DNA of 30,965 nucleotides from Malacoraja senta (taxonomy: Eukaryota). The translations under genes and the position numbers were made by a program. Where the stretch lies: positions 124,001-154,965 of the forward strand of contig JAXLNO010000264.1 of the NCBI GenBank assembly GCA_038087875.1, in the 5' to 3' direction. The notes beneath the pieces were generated by a model. That model was not told the origin of the DNA and ran no database searches. It was given only the letters and a program-made list of their open reading frames with translations. This document shows, piece by piece, positions 23,171-30,965 of this stretch; position 1 is the stretch's first letter, and the number at the start of each line of letters is the position of its first letter.

Positions 23171-23967
23171 TAGAGAATTTTACTGTACCTTGGTAATTTT
23201 CAGGATGATCAATGAAGTGGCTGTGCTGCCACAGTGGCTTTGGCAGCATTAGTTCCACATAACAAGTCTGTAGCACAGGACTTTTTCATCCACCATAGCC
23301 TTAATTTTCTGCTTTGGGTTCAGTTATTAAAAGTAGCAAACTAATTTGCCTTCGGTGATAGACGGGGTTTAGGAGGTGACTAAGATGAATCAATCATGCA
23401 GCACATCTTACTGATTGCAGTTGAAACCAGGGTATCGTTTTCTCACGTGCCGGATTCAGCCATGGTTGGGGATAGGGTTTAGTCACCCATTGGTTATTTA
23501 ATTTTCACAATGACTGAATGTGTCAGGACTTTGATTTGATTATTTGTATTTAGTTCGTTCACACAGCCTGCTATCATGCTCTTTGAGTTAGAGTCATACA
23601 AACGGAAACAGGCCCTTCAGCCCGTCTGGTCCATGCCGACCAACATGCTCATCTTTGTTAGTCCCATTTGCTTATGTTTGGCCAATATCCCTCTCATAGA
23701 TACACAGATACATAGACAATAGGCGCAAGAGTAGGCCATTCGGCCCTTCGAGCCAGCACCGCCATTCAATGTGATCATGGCTGATCATCCGCAATCAGTA
23801 CCCCGTTCCTGCCTTCTCTCCATATCCCTTGATTCCGCTAGCCCAAAGAGCTCTATCTAACTCTCTTTCGCATCCAGTGAATCGGCCCCCACTGCCTTCT
23901 GAGGCAGAGAATTCCACAAATTCACAACCCTCTGGGTGAAAAAGTTTTTCCTTATTTCAGTTCTAAA

Positions 23968-26900
23968 CTGAGTAAAGTCAAGTAAAGCCTGATCAAAGAC
24001 TTTGTGTCCAACACGATGGCCGCGCCGTTGTGTCTGGCTGCCCATTGTCGCTCGTCTGGACGTCCGCATGATCCGCAGGCAGTCTTAGCCTACGAACGCC
24101 AGGCACTCCTGAAGATCAGAGCCTCTGTCGTCGACTTCTTCGTCCGAGCCTCTGGACAAAACTTCCTCCAGTGATCGCTCCTCGCTCAACTCCCGGTAAG
24201 TGTGCGGGCCCGGCCTTACAGTTATCACCGTACGAACCGAACCAGGAGGCGGAGTAAACGTGCAGGAGCCCTGGAAAAGCTGAAGAATCACGCCCACGCT
24301 CGCTCAACATCAGCCTACCTCGCCCAGCGCTGCGAAGTCGGACCTGGTCGGCCCTACCGCTTCATCCATCGGCGGTCCCTCGAGCTCAGGTATGCCTCCG
24401 TTCGATTATTCCGGTCCCCTGTCTGTCGGCCCGCGGGCTCCCAGCCAAGCCATTTGTGAAACGCAGCGGCGTGGTCTCCCTGAACCTCCGCCCGCTGGCG
24501 TGGGAGCCGCTAATGGACCACAACTCACCTGCTGTCCCTGCTAAAGTGGCCCTGATCAACGCAAGATCCTTATCGAACAAAACCTTAATTCTCAACGACT
24601 TCTTCACCGCCCGTGGATTGGACTTTTTACTGGTCACAGAAACCTGGCTTAATCCTGGTGAGCTTGCTCCTCTCGTGGAACTTTTTCAGCTCGCCCAGGC
24701 TCTCCGGACGTGGTGGGGGCCTAGCCACTGTGTTTAAGAAACATTTTAACTGCCGCCTGCTGAATGCTGATCATTTCTCCAGTTTCGAAGTGCAACTAAT
24801 TATAGTAGGTCTAGTCTATCCCCTCTTAATTGTTCTTGTGTATCGCCCACCAAAAATGCATAAGGACTTTATCACCCAATTTGCTGATCTTATCTATAGC
24901 CGTTTGCCCAAATTTGACCGAGTCTTGATTCTTGGTGATTTTAACATTCATGTCTGCTGTCCTACAGGTCCTGCTGCCTCTGGTGAGTGCATTTATGCAC
25001 CTGGTTGAGTCCTTCAATCTGACTCTACTTACCACTGGACCCACTCACAAGCTTGGCCATACACTGGACCTGGTGCTATCGTCCGGTCTCCCAATTTGTA
25101 ATATAGAAATTATTGATGTTTGTCTGTCAGATCATAGTGCAATTATATTTGATGCATCTCTGCCTTTCTTTCCCTCAAAACCTCATCTCCCTGTTTGTCA
25201 TTGATTGCCAGTAAGTTCTCTGAGGCTCTCATAGCTGCTCCCGACATCTGCACCATCGAAACTTCTCCCCCCCATCTCAGCACTGACAATCTCATTTTTT
25301 TATTCAATACCACTTGCTCTTCCATCCTAGATTCTGTTGGCCTTGGCTCAATGGCACTACCAGAGCCCTAAAAAGAGAGTGCAGAAAATCAGAACGGAAA
25401 TATAAATGTGATAAGCTTCAAATTTCCTTTGAATTTCTGAGAAACAATCTTGTCAAATACCAGGAAGCAGTAAAGTCTGCGAGAACACAATACTTTTCCG
25501 ACCTTATTTCCAAAAACGCTCAAAATTCCAAGGTCCTATTTAGTACTATTACCTCTGTCATATGACCCGACCCCAGTACCAGCTTAGCTGGGTCCCCTGC
25601 CAAGTGCGAAGAATTCTCTACTTTTTTCACCAATAAAGTTGAGAACATTACAACGAATATTTCCCCTCCCACCCGTGACCTAGCTGTCTCTTTGGTCTGT
25701 TCTTCTAAATTAGACTGCTTCCAACTCGTAACTCTATCCTCCCTTGTCTCCACTATGAAACTTGCAACCTGCCCCCTTGACGTTGTTCCCACTGCCCTTC
25801 TAAAGGATGTCTTTGCAATAGTCGGTCCCGGTATCCTCTCTACCATCAACAGTTTCTGGCCACTGGCACTGTGTTCCAACCTGTTTCAAGCACGCGGTGG
25901 TCCAGCCCCTCCTGAAAAAACCTAACCTAGACCCCACCTTGCCTAGTAACTACAGACCTATTTCTAAACTGCCTTTCCTCTCAATAGTCCTTGAAAAGGT
26001 AATTCTAGACCAACTTATGCCTTATCTACACCAAAATTCCATCCTTGAAAGTTTCCAATCAGGTTTCAGGGCCCACCACAGCACAAAGTCTGCCTTGTTT
26101 GAAAGTACACAACGACCTCCTTCTCGCCATCGACTCCGGCGACTGTGCAATCCTGCTCCTTCTCGACCTCAGTGCAGCGTTTGATACAGTGGACCATACC
26201 ATCCTAATTGACAGTCTCCAGTACGGGGTTGGTGTTGATGGCACTGCCCTGAGCTGGTTCGTTTCCTACCTAAAAAATAGGAGTTTCTCTACTAACATAG
26301 GCAATTCTTTCTCTTCCCCAGCTAGCCTTTTCTACGGGGTTCCACAAGGCTCCATCCTAGGCCCTATTCTCTTCTCTCTGTACCTGCTCCCCCTCGCCCA
26401 AGTCATTCAAAGGCATGGCATTTCTTTCCACTGTTATGCAGATGATACACAGCTCTATCTCCCCCTAAAACCCAACAACGGGTCTAATTTAAACAGCCTC
26501 ATGCACTGCCTCGATGACTTAAAATGTTGGATGGCTCAGAACTTCCTCCAACTCAACGAGAGCAAGTCTGAGGTCATCCTACTCGGCCCCTCCGACTCCA
26601 TCAAAACGATAAAAGGCAGCCTTGGAAGCCTAACCTCCTTAGTCAAACCGCACATCAAAAAACTTGCCGTGATATTTGACTCCGCATTAAAGTTTGACAA
26701 GCAAGTCAACTCTGTGATAAAAGCTGGTTTCTTCCAGCATCGTACCATAGCTAAAATCAAATCATTCCTCAAATTCGACGACCTTGAAAAAATAATCCAC
26801 ACATTCATCTTCTCCCGCCTTTACTATTGCAACTCCCTATACACTGGCATCAGCCAATCATCCCTGTCCCACCTGGAATTGGTCCAAAATGCCGCAGCAA

Positions 26901-27413
26901 GACTTCTGACGGGTACCCGTAAAAGGGACCACATCACCCCGATCCCGGCCTCTCTCCACTGGCTCCCAGTACGGTACAGAATCCACTTCTAGCTCCTCTT
27001 ATACATATACAAAGCCTTTTACGGGCTTGCCCCCCCCTATATCAAAAATCTTCTAACTCACCATTCTACCTCCAGGTCCCTCAGGTCGGCCGACTTGGGG
27101 CTACTGACTATCCCGCGGTCTAGGTTTAAGCTCAGGGGTGACCGCACTTTTGCGGTTGCAGCACCTAGACTGTGGAATAGCATCCCGCTCCTCATCAGAA
27201 CTGCCCTCACCATCGACTCCTTTAAGTCATGACTCAAAACCTATTTCTACTCCCTAGCATTTTTTAGCCCCTCTGAGGGGGCGCTGTGAACAGTTTATGT
27301 ATGTATTGTTAGGCCTGTCTACCGTTGTATGTATCAAATTAGTACCTGCACTGATGTAAAGCACTTTTGGTCAATGTGAGTGTGCTATACAAATAAATTT
27401 ATTATTATTATTA
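23968..27413 (+). mobile_element. Near full-length single-ORF L2-clade LINE
   Basis: Short 5' UTR and ATG at 24016. APE endonuclease (LINARSL.NK, VTETWL, GRGGGLA, LVYRPP, ILGDFN, GHTLDLV, LSDH). RT (NYRPISKL, LLDLSAAFDTVDH, GVPQGSILGP, YADD at 26435-26446). L2 C-terminus (QNAAARLL, LHWLPV). 3' AGCAC...GTGCT stem and (TTA)n tail. TSD TAAA at 23964-23967 and 27414-27417. Confidence 0.96.
24016..27289 (+). pseudogene. Disrupted L2 ORF: N-terminal extension + endonuclease + reverse transcriptase
   Basis: Joins ORFs 24016-24459 (one in-frame TGA at 24172), 24456, 24613, 24932, 25314, 25692, 25897 and 26045, with read-through of stops at 26990 and 27230. Multiple frameshifts. Confidence 0.88.
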
Positions 27414-28051
27414 TAAATGGCCTACCCCTTATTCTTAAACTGTGGCTCCTGGTTCTGGACTCCCCCAACATTGGGAACATGTTTCCTGCATCTAGCGTGT
27501 CCAATCCCTCAATCTTTGTGTCCTAATGTTTTCAAATGTTGTTATTATACATGGCTCAATCACTTTCACTGGCAGCTCATTCTATATACTCAGTGTGCAA
27601 AATCTGCCCCTCAGGTTCCTGTTAAATCTTTCCTCTCATTTTAAACCCTTTAGTTCTTGATTACCCAACCCTTCCATATTCCTCAGTGAACCAGTGTTGG
27701 ATGCTAAGTTGAATGGTAATAGAGGTGAATGTTTTAAGTTACAGATTCTGGTCAATTACATTTCTGTTGCTTCTGGTGACATCTCATAGCTGCTAAATGT
27801 ATTCTGAATCTATCACGGTGAGCATAGTGATGGTACACACAACACGAACAGCATGAACCTCCTTTTCCAGATTTTATCTCATTAGTGAAGCGATCAATTG
27901 CATACTCAGCCCCACAAGATTAGAAGCTGTGCACAACTGACAGGTGGATTTCCTGCACTTTTACTTCCGCTTTGTTTGACATTTCTGCACCAGTTTTCGT
28001 TTATAGATTAGGAATTGTTAAACTGAAGTTCAAAGAACACCTGGTTAATAC

Positions 28052-28111
28052 CCAAAAAGGCACAAAGTGTTGGAGTAACTCAGCAGGTAAGGGAGCATCT
28101 CCAGAGAGATG
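28052..28111 (-). mobile_element. Penelope-derived fragment
   Basis: CACAAAGTGTTGGAGTAACTCAGCAGG...GCATCTCCAGAG matches the family body. Confidence 0.6.
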
Positions 28112-28571
28112 TCTTATGAATAAAGTAATCAACATGAATCAAGAAATTCAATGATATTTTTCAAATTTACCTACCTTCGGAGAAATATTCAGTACAATGT
28201 GCAAGTATAGATGACAGATAGTACTTCACCCATGAACAGGATGCATTGGTTGTTTTCTGTGGACCCACCAGCCAAAGTTATGTCTTTTTTGTGTGGGGTT
28301 AAGGGAAGCAGACTGTGCTTTTCACATTGGAGACTGAATTTCAATGCCTGATAACTTCAACATTATTTCCATGTGGAATTTCTTGTGGTGTATCTGTAGT
28401 CTTGAGTTAATCTATGTGTATCAAGCAGATCACCACACTTGACTCCAGCATCAACTCTGACTCCAGCATCAAAAATACTAACTGTGAGGGCTTGCCATTG
28501 AGTGGAAGGGTTACCTAGCGTGTTAGTAAAACATACTGTATAAAGCCTTGGAACCATGGCATATAAATGTT

Positions 28572-28741
28572 GACACAAGGAACTGCAGATGGTGGTTTAC
28601 AAAAAAAGACTCAAAATGCTGGAGTAACTCAGCAGGTTTGGCAATATCTCTGGAGGACATGGATAGGTGATGTTTTGGGTTGGGACCCTTCTCCAGGCTG
28701 CCTGACCTGCTGAGTTACTCCAGCACTTGGTCTTATTTTTA
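28572..28741. mobile_element. Penelope-derived inverted-repeat element
   Basis: Perfect 21-bp inverted repeat (28617-28637 / 28705-28725). 12-bp flanking direct repeat CATATAAAT(G/A)TT at 28560-28571 and 28742-28753. Confidence 0.8.
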
Positions 28742-28934
28742 CATATAAATATTTATCTTTCAATGCACGATACAAAATAATTTAACTTGAGAGGTGTCTA
28801 GGACAAATTCCAAGCACCATTATGGCGCAGTCCATGTATTCATTGAAATAACCATAAAAGGAATGAACCCCTCCAATCTACAAGGACAATTTGAAGGTGG
28901 GTGTGAGTGTACTGCAGTGAGTAACTTAACTGAA

Positions 28935-29460
28935 GAGTCACCAAGAGCGTTTATTTGTCACATGTACTGGGTATGAACCGGTCAATGAAATTCAAGAGAC
29001 AAGAGAGTCAAGTTATGAGGGTCTAAATGTCATTTGTATGAAATCGGAACAATTCTTACTTGCGGCAGCACAACTGGTCTGTAATCACAGTACTCAATAG
29101 ATAACATAATAAACATGCAAAAAAGTTTGAATAAATTAAAAAAAAACAAGATAGTGCGAAACAAAATGAAGCCCGAAATCCTTAATGCAACCAAGGCAGT
29201 TTGTGGTTTGAAGTCTAGTTGGAGTTTGTAGTCTTCAAAAGCCTGATGGTTGATGGTTGATGGTCCATACTTGCTGCAACTTTACTGGCACATTAACAAC
29301 AGACAAACAGAGGTACGGTACAATGAAAATCTTGCTTGCAGCATTACAGACTCAGACAACAGACAAACCATAAATGACACTGATATAATACAGAAATTCT
29401 GCAAGTCTGAAAATAGAAAAGGGAGTTAAAAAGTAGAAAACTAGAAAAAAGTTCATTGAG
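28935..29460 (-). mobile_element. Cluster of degenerate Rex1/Babar-like 3' UTR fragments
   Basis: Repeated ACAATGAAA(T/A)TCTT.CTTGC.GCA motif (about 28983, 29047, 29320), as at 5949-5975. Confidence 0.55.
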
Positions 29461-29469
29461 AGTAGAAGC

Positions 29470-29780
29470 AAGAAACTGCAGACGCTGATTTATAAAAAAA
29501 AAGAAACATAGAGCTGGAGTAACTCAACGTGTCAGGCAGTATCTCCGGAGGACATGTGTAGGTGGCGTTTTGGATCCAGACCCTTCTTCAGACTGATTGC
29601 AGGGGTTGGGGAAGAAATCTGGAAGAGAGGAGGGGCAGGACAACGCCTGGTCGATACAGGTGGGGGGGGGGGGGGGGGGGGGTGGAGGGAGGGAGGAGGG
29701 TTGATAGGCAGAGAGTTGGACAAAGGCCAGAGATCAAAAGACACAAGGTGTGAGATAATGGATTGAAGTTGTGAATTGTA
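29470..29780 (-). mobile_element. Penelope-derived element with hammerhead-like core and G-rich body
   Basis: The reverse complement of 29564-29591 is CTGAAGAAGGGTCTGGATCCAAAACGCC. G21 run at 29662-29682. Confidence 0.78.
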
Positions 29781-29829
29781 TTTGGGAATCTAGTCCAAAA
29801 TTAGGAATCTACTGTATTGTCATACAACA

Positions 29830-30180
29830 ACTGGTCCATAGTATTCCGTTGCTTTGGTAGGATTACATTCGTGCAGGGCAGCTCAAGTTCTTGATTGTTG
29901 AGGGAAAATAGCTGTTCCTGAACCCAGTGGTGTGGGATTTAAGGCTTCGATAGGTCCTTCCCAACAAGAGGTAGCAGTGAAAAGGGGACATGGCCCAGGT
30001 GGCGGGGATTCTGAATGATAGATATTGCCTTTTATGTCATGTAGCTTCTTCTGATGGTGGGGATGGCTGCGCCTAGATGGACTGGGCTGAGTCCACCACG
30101 CTCTGTAGTCCCTTGGGTTCCTTTGCCATTCCAGACGCAAGCAGCCAGGATGCTTTCTACAATGCATCTGTAGAAGTTGT
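29830..30180 (-). mobile_element. Degenerate Rex1/Babar fragment
   Basis: Collinear with 6120-6340 and 15700-15790 (AGCTGTTCCTGAACC, GGCCCAGGTGGCGGGGATTC, CAGGATGCTTTCTACAATGCATCTGTAGAAGTT). Confidence 0.75.
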
Positions 30181-30965
30181 TATATTCAATGATTGAGCCT
30201 CCACAGCTGAGACTTGGCGTTCCACCTCAACATACAATGCTCATTTATTCAAAAATATAATTGGATACAACATTGATACATGTTCCTGATCTTACCTTAT
30301 GTAATTTATGTAACTAATTTTCAAAAATGCCACAAAAGTGGTGATAAGCATTTATCAGAATTTTTTGAATTCTGTTCATGATCTTTGATCAGTGCATGAG
30401 TTAATAATCTATTGAAACATAAACAGAAAGCTGGAGAAATCTGCAGCTCCAATAGCTGTCCTGATATTTCAGAGTTAACTGTAATTAACAGCCAGAAGAT
30501 TAATTAGACTCTCAAAAAATGAGATGATACTTTCAAAAAGCCTGTAATTAAGTATTATAAAAAGCAACGGCTGCTCTCTTATCTGAACACACCAGGAAAA
30601 CATTAGGTTACATGTATAATGCATTATCAGCCATAAACTAAGATGAATCAAAAGGAAGTCAGAGAGAAAAGAGGAAACCGGATGTCAGCTTTAGAAATAT
30701 ATCTATTTTAGAAGAAAATATTCCTTATCAGTAATCTTCATGTGGTGGTGTGGCAGAAATTACATTGACTGGGGTGAATAAATGTCTTCTTGAAAATGTG
30801 CTAAGACTATTTTAAGTTATTTACAGTACACAATCTGTTAATATAATAAAGATCATAAATGGTAGGAATGAAATGTCCCTCCAAGCAGCTATGACATTTG
30901 ATTAAATCATGGTTAATCTGATTTTTAGAGAAATTCTTTTTTTCCAGTCCAATCTTCATAGTTCT

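Larger units (their letters stand above)
23586..27672 (-). mobile_element. Two nested CR1 3' fragments split by the L2: old CR1 (23586-23694 + 27514-27672) and younger CR1 (23695-23967 + 27418-27513)
   Basis: Removing the L2 restores ...CAGTTCTAAATGGCCTACCCC..., as in the intact copy at 1275-1295. Removing the younger CR1 joins two collinear parts of another CR1 subfamily. Confidence 0.85.

Noticed and set aside
28170..28258. Possible minus-strand exon ending GAAG|GTAGGT (KTTNASCSWVKYYLSSILAHCTEYFSE)
   Set aside because: The acceptor lacks a pyrimidine tract and the peptide is unrecognised.
28440..28472. TGACTCCAGCATCAA repeated with an 18-bp period
   Set aside because: Only two copies, an ordinary slippage duplication.
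1..30965. Prokaryotic systems (CRISPR array, retron, diversity-generating retroelement, operons)
   Set aside because: There is no repeat-spacer array or operon structure, and all RTs are vertebrate non-LTR types. Mismatches in the 119-bp repeat pair are not adenine-specific.

Overview
Eukaryotic, AT-rich intronic or intergenic DNA. It is almost certainly from a cartilaginous fish, most likely a skate or ray, judging from an HE1-type tRNA-derived SINE and abundant elasmobranch CR1 3' ends. I cannot support any intact host protein-coding gene. Roughly half of the window is decayed retroelements: many CR1 LINE fragments (one ~3.3 kb copy with endonuclease and RT), a near full-length single-ORF L2 LINE (23968-27413), several Rex1/Babar fragments, an HE1 SINE, a DeuSINE-like relic, a probable Tc1/mariner-pogo MITE and at least seven short Penelope-derived elements. 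The most interesting signals are: (1) an exact extended eIF4E-binding consensus (YERQALLKIR) at the N-terminus of the L2 ORF; (2) decayed minimal hammerhead-ribozyme cores in the Penelope-derived family, three copies of which are flanked by target-site duplications (TSDs); (3) a 74-bp inverted templated insertion copied from 4.3 kb away into a CR1 deletion junction; (4) a fold-back CR1 with a perfect 24-bp palindromic centre; (5) a cluster of local duplications at 6.8-8.0 kb. All family assignments come from recognised motifs and remembered consensus sequences, not from database searches.
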